Part shown: piece by piece, positions 26,043 through 38,409 of the stretch
How positions within the stretch are numbered: the first letter of the stretch is position 1
Layout of the letters: each line of letters opens with the position of its first letter
NCBI RefSeq assembly: GCF_963506605.1
Contig: NC_083291.1
Location: 8,618,001-8,682,000, forward strand
From: Zootoca vivipara
Taxonomy: Eukaryota
Direction: 5' to 3'
Length of the DNA stretch: 64,000 nucleotides
Translations under genes and position numbers: made by a program
The notes under the pieces: model-generated
The model's database searches: none
The model's input: only the letters and a program-made list of their open reading frames with translations
What the model was told of the DNA's origin: nothing

Positions 26043-26988
26043 GGATATGGAATAACTGATTGGTTCAAAATTGGGAAAGGAGTATGGCAAGGCTGTATAT
26101 TGTCTCCCTGTTTATTTAACTTATATGCAGAATTCATCATGCGAAAGGCTGGAGTGGATGAATCCCAAAATGGAATTAAGATTGCCGGAAGAAATATCAA
26201 CAACCTCAGATATGCTGATGACACAACCTTGATGGCAGAAAGTGAGGCGGAATTAAAGAACCCTTTAATGAGGGTGAAAGAGGAGAGCGCAAAATATGGT
26301 CTGAAGCTCAACATCAAAAAAACCAAGATCATGGTCACTGGTCCCATCACCTCCTGCCAAATAGAAGGGGAAGAAATGGAGGCAGTGAGAGATTTTACTT
26401 TCTTGGGCTACTTGATCACTGCAGATGGTGACAGCAGTCATAAAATTAAAAGATGCCTGCTTCTTGGGAGAAAAGCAATGACAAACCTAGACAGCATCTT
26501 AAAAAGCAGAGACATCACCTTGCTGACAAAGGTCCGTATAGTTAAAGCTATGGTTTTCCCAGTAGTGATGTATGGAAGTGAGAGCTGGACCATAAAGAAG
26601 GCTGATCGCCAAAGAATTGATGCTTTTGAATTATGGTGCTGGAGGAGACTCTTGAGGTCTGCAAGACTGCAAGAAGTTAAAAGCTATCCATTCTGAAGGA
26701 AATCAGCCCTGAGTGCTCCCTGGAAGGACAGATCCTGAAGCTGAGGCTCCAATACTTTGGCTACCTCATGAGAAGAGAAGACTCCCTGGAAAAGACCCTG
26801 ATGTTGGGAAGGATTGAGGGCACAAGGAGAAGGGGACGACAGAGGACGAGATGGTTGGACAGTGTTCTCGAAGCCACCAACATGAGTTTGACCAAGCTGC
26901 AGGAGACAGTGGAAGACAGGAGTGCCTGGCGTGCTCTGGTCCATGGGGTCACGAAGACTCGGACATAACTAAACAACTAAACAACAAC
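26043..26988 (+). mobile_element. 5'-truncated BovB LINE (RT with YADD, one frameshift near 26657)
   Basis: ORF GVWQGCILSP..LRYADDTTL; (CAA) tail; 10-bp TSD ATGGAAGACT (26033-26042, 26989-26998). Confidence 0.95.
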
Positions 26989-28234
26989 ATGGAAGACTAG
27001 GAAAAGCCAAGAAAAAGTGTCTCTGCAGTGGAGTGGCTTGTACAACATTTCCTCTCCTTCAGTCAAGTGCATCAGCAGCAGCAGCTATGATGTTCACACC
27101 AGGACCCTGCATGTTTGCTCTTTTGTGTTAAGCCATAGTTTGAGCTGAGCATTTTGTGCAATCAGCGACACTGAGTTGCAGCTCATTCTCTTGGCTTCGT
27201 AAGGAGGAGAAGGGAAGAAGTGGAGTTATTGTGTTAGGTTCACTGCAAATCATCATGGGGTAGTAAAAGGAATAAAGGTAAGAGAGGGTGAAAGAATTAC
27301 TACAGCATAGAGCTGTAGTTAGTCCAGCCCCCCTCTGAAATCTCCTTGGGAACTTGCAACACTTTCTAGAGAAGAATGTGTTGGAATCTTGACTCCGTTC
27401 CCTCTGTGCTCTTCATTTGACATGTGTTCACTGCTCTTTCATATTCTCAATGGGAGTGGAATGTGTTAAAGAAAGCTAGTAAACCATAGATCAGAAAAAA
27501 GAGGGGAAGAGAGAGAGAAAGCTTTTTCTTATTCTTTTAATATGTATTTGAGGCAGATGTGGAAAATTATACCTTTGCACTTAACAAGGCACTGCAATGA
27601 AATTTGAATTATTTAACCTAGAGTGATCTTGTGTGTGTGGTATGTGAATACTCATGCTTGTATGATTGTGTGCCCTTCTGCTACCACAGTCACAATGGAC
27701 CAGGCCCTTAACTCTTAACTTCTCTGTCTTTTTGTCTTTTTCCACTGAAATTATTTGGTGGTGCCAAACAAAAGAAACACAGAGATATACAGATGCAAAC
27801 CATACAGGCAGGACAATAGCTCTTCTGAAAATGCTGCTGAACTACTTAAACAAAGATGCCACAAAAGGTAAAATTATTCCCATGACTTTCTTCTTAACTA
27901 TTACTCTTATGGCGAATTCACACATGACTGTAAATCTTCCTTCAATGACTCACCACTGAATATGGAAACTGCTTCCATTCAGAAGTAGAGTGTTTGATTT
28001 GATGTAATGTGACATGAAAGCCCTGCCTGTGGGATTTGATCTGTTATGGTCGTTACACACAGGCAAGTTATCGTTCAACGTTGCAACCATGGAGTGAGGA
28101 ACATGCATGAGTGAACTGACCCTTAGAAAAAGAACTAAGTAAAAACAGAGTTCTTGTAAGAGCATGATAAATTTAAATCTTACATTGATCAGCAAGTACA
28201 GAGGCATTACTTACAGTATGTGGTCAGAAAGCTA

Positions 28235-28484
28235 CAGTGGTACCTTGGTTTACGAACTTAATCCGTTCCGGAAGTCCGTTCTTAAACCAAAGCGTTCTTA
28301 AACCAAGGCGTGCTTTCCCATAGCAGCGGGGGACTCAATTTACAAATGGAACACTCAACAGGAAGTGGAACATGTTCTGCTTCCAAGGCAAAGTCCACAA
28401 ACCAAAACATCTATTTCCGGTTTTGCAGCGTTCTTAATCCAAGTTGTTCATAAACTAAGCTGTTCTTAAACCAAGGTACCACTG
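28235..28484. mobile_element. Tigger-like MITE (250 bp)
   Basis: TA-CAGTGGTACCTTGGTTT...AAACCAAGGTACCACTG-TA; near-identical to 54608. Confidence 0.88.
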
Positions 28485-28737
28485 TATTTCTATGTAGAGG
28501 CCAATGAAGGCAAACATAGCCAACCCCTTTAATCAAACACACTTTGTCGACCCATTTCCTCTTCCCATGTTTTGTAATATTTTTGGCTCGTCCTGTACAT
28601 TACACGTTTCATTGACACTACATACACCATGGCTAAAACTAATCAGGTTTACATCTCAAGAGGATTTTAAACTAAGGGGTACTTCTGGATCGACTGCTGT
28701 CACCTGAAGCTGAGGTGGCCTCAGTGGCATAGAGTGC

Positions 28738-29410
28738 CTTCCATTGGCTTCAGCTGGTGGCTCAGCTGCACCCATATCTAGACAGCGAAAAGCCTAACCT
28801 CTGTTGTCTATGCTCTGGTAAGCTCTAGGTTAGATTACTGCAATGTGTTAAACATGGGGCTGCCTCTGAAGATGGTTTCGAAACATCAGTTGGTGTGGAA
28901 TTCAATGGCCAGGTTTGCTCACCAGGGAAATACAGTTCGAGCATATAACACCAATCCTGGTCCAACTACAATGGCTCCCAATTAGTTTCCGGGCCCAATT
29001 CAAAGTGCTTGTTTCGACCTATAAAGCCTTAAACAGCTCTAGTACCGCACTTCCCCATATGAACTGACCCAGAACAACATAAAATTGCCCGGGTTTGCGT
29101 GCTCTGCCATGAAAGGTCAGGAAGGTGGCAATATGAGAACAGGCCTTTTCTGCAGTGGCTCCCCATTTGTGGAATGCTCTCCCAGGAAGGCTCACTTGGT
29201 GCCTTCTTTACAGATATTCATGCACCAGTGAAAACATTCGTTTTCATCAAGGCCTCTTGCTTATTAAACGATCTAAATGTGTTGCGATGGTTTGGGGTTC
29301 TTTTTTGGGGGTGGCGACTATTATGTTATGTATTGCGTGTTTTTGCTTTTATGTTGTAAAAAGCCCTGTAATAGGTGGTATATAAATTTAATTAATTAAT
29401 CAATCAATCA
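28738..29410 (+). mobile_element. Old L2 LINE fragment
   Basis: Degenerate TAGATTACTGCAATG, CCCAATTCAAAGTG and APHLWNALP. Confidence 0.7.
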
Positions 29411-29796
29411 ATCCAAGAATTGCCAATGTGGTGCCCATGCCTTCTCCTGTCTGACACACCCCCTCACCCCACTCCACTCAATGCCCCCATGACCATGAGG
29501 CGGTTAGGATAGTTATGGTTTATGCCAATGAAAAGTACATAGAGCTGAAGGAGGAATTTGGAAGAGTGACTCTCTTTCCCACTTCTTCTTTTGGTTTGAT
29601 GTGCTTTTCTACTAGAGCCAACTTATGTCCAGATCCCAAAAGAAGTGAAATATGTGCAGGAGTGCCTGGCGTGCTATGGTCCATGGGGTCACGAAGAGTC
29701 AGACTCGACTAAATGACTAAACAACAAAATGTGCATGCATGCACACAACTTCTTATTCTCTCTCTCTCACTCTCCATATATATATATATATATATA

Positions 29797-30047
29797 CCGT
29801 GGTACCTCGCAAGACGTATTTAATTCGTTCCGCGAGTCAATTCGTTTTGCAGAAAATTCATCTTGCGAATTGCAGTTTCCCATAGGAATGCATTGAAATT
29901 TCTTTTTTTTTTTGCCCATAGGAACGCATTAATTAAATTTCAATGCATTCCTATGGGAAACCGCGATTTGCAAGATGAACTTTTCACAAAACGAATTCAT
30001 CTTGCGAGTCACCATCAGATCGCAAGACGCATTTGTCTTGCGAAAAC
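29797..30047. mobile_element. Tigger-like MITE with internal palindromic CATAGGAATGCATT motifs
   Basis: TA-CCGTGGTACCTCGCAAGAC start; repeated TCTTGCGA. Confidence 0.6.
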
Positions 30048-30255
30048 AGTGGAAGGGGAACAGAAATCCCCAGAAGGTGGCACCCACAGCGTCCACTCAC
30101 TTCAAGTGTTCCCACATGTCTAAGCATGTTGGTGACCTCTGAATTAATTAAGCATTCTCCATCTCATTTTTATCCTACAACAATTGTCAGACCACAGACA
30201 AATACTAAAGAGTTTTCGTAACTCAAAAAGAGAGAGAGGAAGTTTTGCATCTTAC

Positions 30256-30368
30256 CTGGGGTCTGAAAATTAAGGCGCCGTAGCTCTACTGGATCTGTGG
30301 GGTGGTGGGAAGGAATCTCCTTGTTGTTGGGTATGCTGCTCTTTCTCGAGTCCGTCTCTGCCCTTTTC
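30256..30368 (-). CDS. PTPRD: PTPRD juxtamembrane exon (113 nt): [38 protein letters not shown]
   Basis: Manual translation; acceptor catgtag|G, donor CCAG|gtaaga; phase 2-1. Confidence 0.97.
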
Positions 30369-31252
30369 CTACATGGACAAAGGGAGCACAGTCATTAAGA
30401 AGTTAAATTCATCATTTACAAAGAGATATATTTCATCCTGTCCTTTGCCCCCCGTCTCCGTATTTTAGAATGCAATGGGAATACTACATTCTGTGGGATT
30501 CATTTTAAAAATGCAACATTTTAAAGCGAGTAAGCTGCATACAGAAACTGGGGGAGGAGGTCAATGGACTGCTAAGCAGATCGCTCCATCAGTGCAAGCA
30601 TTTTCTGCTAGCCTGATGGAAGATCTAACCTCTTCTTCCCCTGCATGCTACTATACAGTATAGGGGTTTTATTGGCACCCACAGGGACAATTAGGGGGTG
30701 TAAAAGAGGAGGAGATGCAGGGAAGCCCTATTGCCCTAGCTTCGGCTCCTTCCGAGGGCTTCTGCTGGCAGGACTCGTCAGCTGAATCTGGCCCACATTG
30801 TTTGGAATTAATATGATATATGAAGTAGGAAATCTTCATGCATGTAGTACTTTACAACAAAGTAAAACTGGGGTTTTCCTAGGATTATTTATAGAAAAGA
30901 AAGAGCTCCTTCTTCAGTAGCACCTCCCAACTAAACATGGAACTAAAGGAGGTTGATAGTCAATAACTGGCCAGTTCCTCTGCAGCTGTGTTTCCTGAAT
31001 AGCACCACTTTGGAAGAAGTCCAAGTCTTCTTGCAAAATTGATTCTATGATAGAGAAGGCCAACATGAAATATTAAAAAGAGTTGACACTATTATCTCTA
31101 AAAAAGGAAACATTCGATTTTGAAAGCTGTTTTAAGGCATCTTCGCTTCTTATGTACCTGGCCCTGTTTATTTAGATTGGTTTGTTATACATAATGTTTG
31201 CCAACCAGGTTAGGGAAATATAAAGCTGCATCATACTGCATAAGACAATTTA

Positions 31253-31442
31253 GGAAGGGTTGTGGCTCAGTGGTAGAGCATCTGCGTTGTATATAAAAGG
31301 TCTTCAGTTCAATTCCAGGCATATCCAGGTAGGCCTGGGAGAGAACTCTGCCTGAAACCCTGGTGAGCTTCTGCCAATCAGAGTGGACGATACAGAGTGG
31401 TCCAGAGATGGACCAGCGAGGCAGCTCCCTATGTTCCTATGG
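31253..31442 (+). mobile_element. tRNA-derived squamate SINE
   Basis: A-box GTGGCTCAGTGGTAGAGC, B-box GTTCAATTCC, CCTATGTT tail. Confidence 0.7.
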
Positions 31443-31643
31443 CTATCTAATTTTGTATTTTATCTACAATGACTGGCACCAATTCTCCAGGATTTCAGGC
31501 ACGAGAAAGCCCTGTCAGGAGATGATTGGGCGGTGCACCTGGCATCATTTGCATGCAAAACCTGCACTGTCCTACCGAGACATTTTATGTACATTGGTTT
31601 TCTAAGTTTCCCAGTCAGGGAGCAATTGTTCTTCACTTCTCAC

Positions 31644-31655
31644 CTGTCAGGTTTA
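31644..31655 (-). CDS. PTPRD: PTPRD 12-nt microexon TAAACCTGACAG (inserts SKPD); 15-nt SSKPD variant via GAGCAG tandem acceptor
   Basis: Branch point ACTAAC, pyrimidine tract, TGCTGC, gagcag|exon|gtgaga; phase 2-2; paralogous to NKPD in PTPRS as recalled. Confidence 0.88.
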
Positions 31656-32181
31656 CTGCTCCATTATTATGCAGCAGAAAAGGAGGGGAAAAGGTTAAAT
31701 GTTAGTCGGCCAATGGCAAAAGAATTACCACGACAATAGAATATGGTGTTTTGCAATTAGGATGCAGAATGTAACAGCCCATGAAAACATGAAAAAAAAT
31801 TCTAATCATAGAAAAATATGAGGGCACAGGGTACATTCAAAGGAAGTACTTCATGGCTGAAGAAACTTAAGCAACATTTGGATAAGTTTTGCTTGAGACA
31901 GAGGTTGTATCAAAGGCATTCTTTTCTTAAGGCATCTCTAGGGAAAAAAACCCAAGGCCACAATATACAGCATATCAGGAGGTAGGAGATACTGAAAGTC
32001 TATTATTATTTTATTTATTTATGTCTTGCCTTTTTCCCTGACAGGAACTCAAGGCGGCTTACAAAGAAAATAGAAGCAGCTAAAAACATTGGGGGGGGAA
32101 TCATCATTGAAAACAATGATCTATTGAAACATACAGGTCATTAAAATATCTTATTTGGAAATATATTACTTTTGGGAGAAA

Positions 32182-32313
32182 NNNNNNNNNNNNNNNNNNN
32201 NNNNNNNNNNNNNNNNNNNNNNNNNNNNNNNNNNNNNNNNNNNNNNNNNNNNNNNNNNNNNNNNNNNNNNNNNNNNNNNNNNNNNNNNNNNNNNNNNNNN
32301 NNNNNNNNNNNNN
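32182..32313. other. Assembly gap (132 N)
   Basis: Run of N. Confidence 1.
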
Positions 32314-33395
32314 TTCAAAAAATAAAAATAAAATTTGAGCTGCATTTATAAAATTACAGCCGTTTACACTTTTTATTTTTACTCTTAAAAATCTCTTGGT
32401 AGCAAAGATTCCAAAACAACCACTAATCACCTCAGAGTAGCATACCCGTCAACTTCCCCGAAAAAACAAGTACTGGTACATCACATTTTTCCCTGCAAGA
32501 GAAGGGCAGCCATTCTGGGAAGGTTGCTCTCGTGAAATTTTAGGCCAAGATCTCAACTCCCCCCAAAAGCATTTTATTCCGGATCTGGGATCTTGTATGG
32601 CATCCCAAAACACACTTTTCCTGGGTCCACGATCCTGCGTGGATCACATGACTCTCAGGGGATTTTGGACCTGGAAGAAGATGGGGTCCTGTTGTAGGGT
32701 ATGCAGTAGCATTGCGGAAACTCTGGCCTGTGAGCTGAATAAGGTCCTGAAGAGGTCTCAATTCAGCTTCCATTGTCACTTTCTTGTCCCACACCTGATG
32801 CAATATGTGACATCAAGTATGGAGCAGGTGAAGATGCAGCTGTCTGCTGAAAGCAAGGTTTGCAGGCACCAATGATCAGCAAACCCTCCTCATTTTCCCT
32901 GTGTGGTTTGAAACCCAACCACACAGGCCAATAGACAGGGCTTCGCAGGTACCAAAGATTAGCTTCTGCTCATCAATTTGCAGAGCCCTCTGCTTTTGTC
33001 ACTGCAGTCTGATTTCAAACTACGTGGGCAAAGCAAAATGCTTCACGTGATGTCATGGAGACACCAGCTGGTGGACAGGCAGGTAGTTCCATCCTCCTTA
33101 CACAATCACCCACAGGGGTGGGGAAAGCTAAACACCTGGCCTTCTGGCTGGAAACAGTTCTCTACCCATGCTTTAAGAGAGATGAATTGATTAGAATAAA
33201 TATTATGATAATATTATGATCTGTGAGAATAGGATAAACTAGGAGAGCAAATGTAGCCACAGGAGGTAGTTCAGTTGTGCCGATCAGGGCCGGACTTTGG
33301 TGCAGGTGCTCACTCACAGCAGGTTTGGCTTACCACATTTTGAAGTTAAGCTCTAATGCCATCCCCAAAGATCAGTGAGCCCAGAGTCTATAATT

Positions 33396-35102
33396 ACCTC
33401 AAATGTGATTCCTTGTCTCTCAATTGTAGATAGGCGATTGAATCATGTGCTGTCAAATGACTTCTTTCCACTCCTGATAATCTGACCTCAGTTCTTGTAC
33501 TTGTTTCTTCCAGTACATTAACTCTTATATCTAACTTGGACCCTTCAGATTTGGTCTGATCCACTTCTACCTTAAGATTTCCAAGGTCTTTATGTAAATT
33601 TTCCAATTTCTCATTTATTTTATTTGCCTCTTTTTTTCACTCCTGAAACCTCCTGCTTAATTTGAGCAGAGTCCTGTTTTAAGCCGGCAATATCCCCTCT
33701 GATTTCCAAAAGCAATAGCATAACAGACTCCTCTGCCCTTGAATCTTTCCTCTCCTCTGCTTTTCTTGTTCCACTTGCCATTTGTAAACAATTTCAAGGC
33801 TGGCAAAAAGCTGCTCTCCTAGCTCAAAGTCTCAAGCAGTTCTCAAAACAACAGGGAATGGCTGGCAGAGTAATACCTTAAGCAACAGTTTCACTTTTAA
33901 CAGTCACTTTAAAAAGTCTGTTCAACTTGCTAAATTGTTCTTCCCAGTTTGTAATTACTTAGGAATGAGGCTATGTAAGAGTTCTCTCTTTGTAACACTT
34001 GCCGATACTTTCTATCAGTCTGTTAGGAAACAGTAATACTTTGTTTCAACCTTTAGAGCAGGGGTCCCCAGACTACGGCCCGGGGGCCGGATGCGGCCCA
34101 ATTGGCCTCCCAATCCGGCCCGCGGCGCCGCCCGCCGCCCGCTCTTACGGCGCGCGGCGCGGTAGCGCTCTTCCGGGTCAGGGAAAAAACGCCGAAAATC
34201 CTTTGTGCGCATGCGTATGGGCCTCTCCCGACCCGGAAGAGGTCATTTCTGGTGCACTTCCGGGTCGGGGGAGGCCCATACGCATGCGCACAACGGATTT
34301 TCGGCACTTTTTCCACCCTGGAAGCGCGCCGCCGTGCCAGTAAGCGCCCGTGCGCATGCGCACGGGCACGCACTCCCCCGCCCTCCGGCCCGCCGCGCGA
34401 TCGGCGTGGTGGGAACCGGCCCAAACGCCGGTAAGTCTGGGGACCCCTGCTTTAGAGTCTCTAAAAAGTTTAAATGCCTCACCAATCTTCCTAGAGGCTC
34501 CGCTCCCTCAGAGGAGAAAGGTGCTAAATAGTCCCCAATTAATTGCGTCTCAGGATCATAAAACAGTCTCTTACCACCCTCCTTTCCCTGCTGAAAAGAG
34601 GGGGTAGTTGCTTTAATCCTTAAAGGAATTTATCAATCAAGAACAAAGGCAATGGCTTCGGTTTTGTTGCTGCTGCTGCTCAAAGCACTTCCGAGAAAGG
34701 GATTGACTTCCTTGTTTGAGCACCCTTTCCTAGCCCAAATAGCTCCAAATTAATTCCAAATCTCATCTACTCACAGTCTTTTCGTGGCTTTTTATTCCTT
34801 TTCTTTGGAAAATTGACTGCAGACCCAAGGACAGGACACAGAGCTTTGCGCAATGAAGTTAGTGGTAAATCCACAGTGCTCACGCCTTCCACCCCCCTCA
34901 CTCTCAGCTCCCTCAAAGGGGTTTTACTAGGGGAGTGGGAGTCGCAAAGAGCACCCGCTGGGTCTCCAAGCCTCCAGAACACCCAATCTGGAGTTTTAAA
35001 GGGGTCTGCAACGCTCTTGCAGTGCCCCCAAACTTCAAAGCACTGGAGTTTCTTTCTCGGAAAGAAACTCTCGTCCTGGCAATGGCGCGTTCAACCGGAA
35101 GT
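33396..35102 (-). mobile_element. 3'-truncated L1-like LINE: 5'UTR plus ORF1p coiled-coil N-terminus (ATG 33781, +1 frameshift in T7 run 33631-33637)
   Basis: MASGTRK..LLLEIRGDIAGLKQD..LENLHKDLGNLK..RVNVLEE..LQLRDKESHLR heptad pattern; putative 5' end ACTTCCGG. Confidence 0.65.
34059..34449. mobile_element. Young CpG-rich hAT (Charlie-like) non-autonomous element with a large internal hairpin
   Basis: TIR CAGGGGTCCCCAGACT; perfect 8-bp TSD CTTTAGAG. Confidence 0.9.
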
Positions 35103-35289
35103 GAGAAAGAAAACAATCCCTAAACTTTCTCACTTAGCCCTTGGTTCCAACAGAAGGGTTACACTGCCAAGGGGGCAACTCAAACTTGTGAAATTATTGC
35201 ATCCTATTTTTAGCTTGCATCTCTACAGAGATCTAAGAAGAGACTTCCAGGCCTCTCAGAAGTCTATACATAGCCAAACGCTCCTGAAA

Positions 35290-35530
35290 AACCAAAAATT
35301 GTGTAGGAATGATATAAGATGATAAATGAACATTGCTTAATTTAGATTTAAAAATGGACCCAGTGTGGGGGGAATCGAGGAAGTCCACAATGTCAAGTTA
35401 ATGTAAGAATTGATTTTTTTTTCTTTTTTGTCTGTGTTTTATTTTTATTTTTGCATTTTGTTTTTGCTTTTTGTGAATTTTTGTATTTTGAAATGTTTGA
35501 AAATCAATAAATATTATTTGAAGGGGGAAA
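35290..35530 (+). mobile_element. L1-like 3' tail
   Basis: GGGGGGAATCGAGGAAGTC, T-rich tract and AATAAA; same architecture as 9300-9450. Confidence 0.45.
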
Positions 35531-35719
35531 AAATGCTCATGAAAAACCATGGCATGTGATAGAAGGATTTTGCGTATCCGAAACATAACAGCTCAGGTGA
35601 GAAAGGTATCCGTAACTGATGAAACTGATGAGAAAGGTATCTGTAAAAGGAATCACATTTCTTTCTACCCCAGGAATGACTAACATATCTAAAGCCTATA
35701 AACTATTTTGTAAACTTAC

Positions 35720-35880
35720 CTTTTGTAAAGGAGTATAGCTATAACAATACAGATGATAAACACAACTGCAAGAACTGGTCCTACAACCCAAATCAAGCCT
35801 TCTTCTTCATCTGTAATTGGCTGGGGGTTAAGATCCACTGATACAACCGTTTCAGAATATGGGCTGGTTGCATACATGGT
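35720..35880 (-). CDS. PTPRD: PTPRD transmembrane exon (161 nt): [53 protein letters not shown]
   Basis: Manual translation gives the PTPRD TM helix; acceptor cccctctag|ACC, donor AAAG|gtaagt; phase 0-2. Confidence 0.97.
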
Positions 35881-37504
35881 CTAGAGGGGGGAAAGATTCG
35901 TAATTAACAGTACAGTACCATTTTTTTTAAAAAATAGGTTTCTTATTAACTGAAGCTGGGTGTATTGGGCTTTGTCCATTTCATACTCAAAGCTTTTATT
36001 CAAAGCTTTGGGCCAGTTTCAAGATAAAAGTAGAAAAGGGACACCAAATAAGTGCACTGTATAAGCATAAAAGTAGACTAAACAAAAGCCCCTCTTGCAC
36101 TTAGACAAAACTCACAGAAAAAACCCACCAGGAAACAAGCCTTTGACTAGAATTAATTAATCTCAATAGGTTCAGCCCAGCACACACACATGACAGGTTT
36201 AAGAGCCAATTAGGAAGACACTTGTATGTAAAAATGTTAATGTCTGCTGCTACACCTTCCCACAATCCTCTTTCCATTTGTGCTTAATTATTTTTTAAAA
36301 CTGTATTACATGCAGTTAAAACAACTCAAGCATAAAAGGGACATAAGAAAGAGATGGATTGCATAAGAGGGAAAGCACAACTCATTATTTAGATCACCTC
36401 AGGAATTCTCCTTTTTGTTACATTATTTTCCAACTCTGCTACATTTCACTGATAAAGTCAGTGGCAAATTACTATAATTAAAGAAACTAGCTGAGCATGT
36501 CCTTGATTAGTTCCCTCTTTTCCAAAGATGTTTGCCAATGAGCACCACTGACTGAGCAATATGTCTCGCGGCAAGAAAAGCCTTCTTTCAAAGGCATGAT
36601 AAGACTCCACTGTGAAGCTCACGCCTCAGTAGCACCGATCAGAGATTTCAAGAAGCAAACCTTATGACTTGCACAGGATATGAACAGTGATGGTTAAGAT
36701 GTTGATAGTGATCCAACATACCCAGAAATGTGAGCCAAGTCAATGTGCAGTTTGGTTCTCTTGGACCCTCCACGAAGTTAGGAATATAGGCACCCGCCAG
36801 GGTCATAGACACCTGGAATAGGTGATACTCGTGTGCTTGGCACACAACTACCAGCATCCCCACATTCTGAGCTTTCCTTTTTTATTTTTAAAAAACCCCT
36901 AAGTCTCTAGCTCTCCTTGAAAGGAAGTTATGAAACAAAATATGCAGCTACCATTCAAAGCGATTTCTGTAATATGGCTTCTCCTGCCTTTCAGTGTGTT
37001 TAAGTAATGAGTGAAGTCAGAGCTGTGATTGATGAGTCAGTTGCTTGGAAACCAAGTGATAAGAATCCCTGGGGTTCTAAAGATCTGCTGTTTTGCCCTC
37101 CCTTTGGTGCAGTTTTCCTGCTTCTGCCTCATTTTCTAGTTCTTGGAATCTCTCTAGTCTTATCTTCATTTCTCCCTAGCAACTAGGACGCATCTTTCCT
37201 GCGGTGGGTTCAAGGTCATATTGTAACTTATTTTGCGGAAGTACTAACACGTAATAAGTGCGAGTGGATGTTAAAGGACCCAACCCCAGTCGCACAGCAA
37301 ATGCAAAATGTGAAAACTTTGCAAAGAGGTTGAGACATGGCTAAAGACCAGGCACTCAATAAGAATGCACTGTGTAGTTAACTTACAGTACAATGCTATA
37401 CATGCCTACTCAGAAGTAAGTCTCTTTGTGTTTAATGGTGCTTCCATGCAGCCTAGGCTGTGGTTTTGCACTTGCACTGTGTGGTGTGTGGTGTGTGGTG
37501 TGTG

Positions 37505-37536
<32 letters not shown>

Positions 37537-37918
37537 GGGGTTCTTGGGCCTTTAACAGTTGTGGAACAGGCAGAAATTCAACAGCATAAGCCATTTCTAG
37601 TTTGGCAATAAAATCATGGGGAAAGCTTCACCTGTTCACATTCTGTTTCTCATACATTTTATTACATGTGTGTTCCCCAATTTGTTTTGAGGCCCTCCAC
37701 TACATCTGCAAAAGAGGGCAGAAATTTGCATAAGACACAAGTCTATGCAAATTTTATGCAGATGTGTGTCCCCTTTTGCAAGTGTTTTGGAAGGTCCAGT
37801 CCACAGACAGTGTATTGAACCCAGAAAATCCTGTTGACTCCCCTGATCATATCTATATGGCAACTCGTTCGTAGTGTTAATGCATAACCATTAACCTTTT
37901 ACAGTACATGCATTTGTG

Positions 37919-38369
37919 CAGTGCCAGAATTGCGTATAAGCTAAACAAGCTTAGGGCCCCACTCTCTTGAGGGGGCCCTAAAAAATTAAAAGGGGAAAAA
38001 ACCGGGATGTACATTTCCAAAATATAAGATAAAAAACAAATAAAACAGAACTTACATACAGCAACAGTGTTTTGTGTTGTGTAGGCTCCTATGATGTAAT
38101 TAATGGGCCCCGCCTGCTAGCCTGTTCCCTAAAATATCACTGGTTTGCTCTTTTTATATATAGGGTGCCTACATTCTGCATGGACTGGTGATTTTGTTAT
38201 GTACCAATGGTTTTAGATACCTATTAGGTCCATAAATTACCACATAGCATCTATTCAACACACACAAAAAATCAGCGGCAATTTGTTGTTGACAAAGGAC
38301 AGCTGGACATATGAAGGGCCCCATTACCTTCAGTAGCTCAGGGCCTCATCCAACCTAAATCCTGCCCTG
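37919..38369 (+). mobile_element. hAT-like element, family A copy 2
   Basis: Aligns by eye with 299-731; TSD catttgtg/catgtgtg. Confidence 0.82.
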
Positions 38370-38409
38370 CATGTGTGCAAGGAGGGGTGGGGGTGGAAGA
38401 AATCACATA

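Noticed and set aside
31253-31330. tRNA-like sequence (also 11370-11438 and 8140-8219)
   Set aside because: Degenerate SINE heads followed by SINE bodies and tails; no intact cloverleaf.
33999-34607. Many overlapping ORFs on both strands
   Set aside because: A by-product of a GC-rich palindromic transposon with few stop codons.
35598-35646. CTGATGA...GAAA resembling a hammerhead core
   Set aside because: No stem II or flanking helices; explained by a short local duplication of GAGAAAGGTATC.GTAA.
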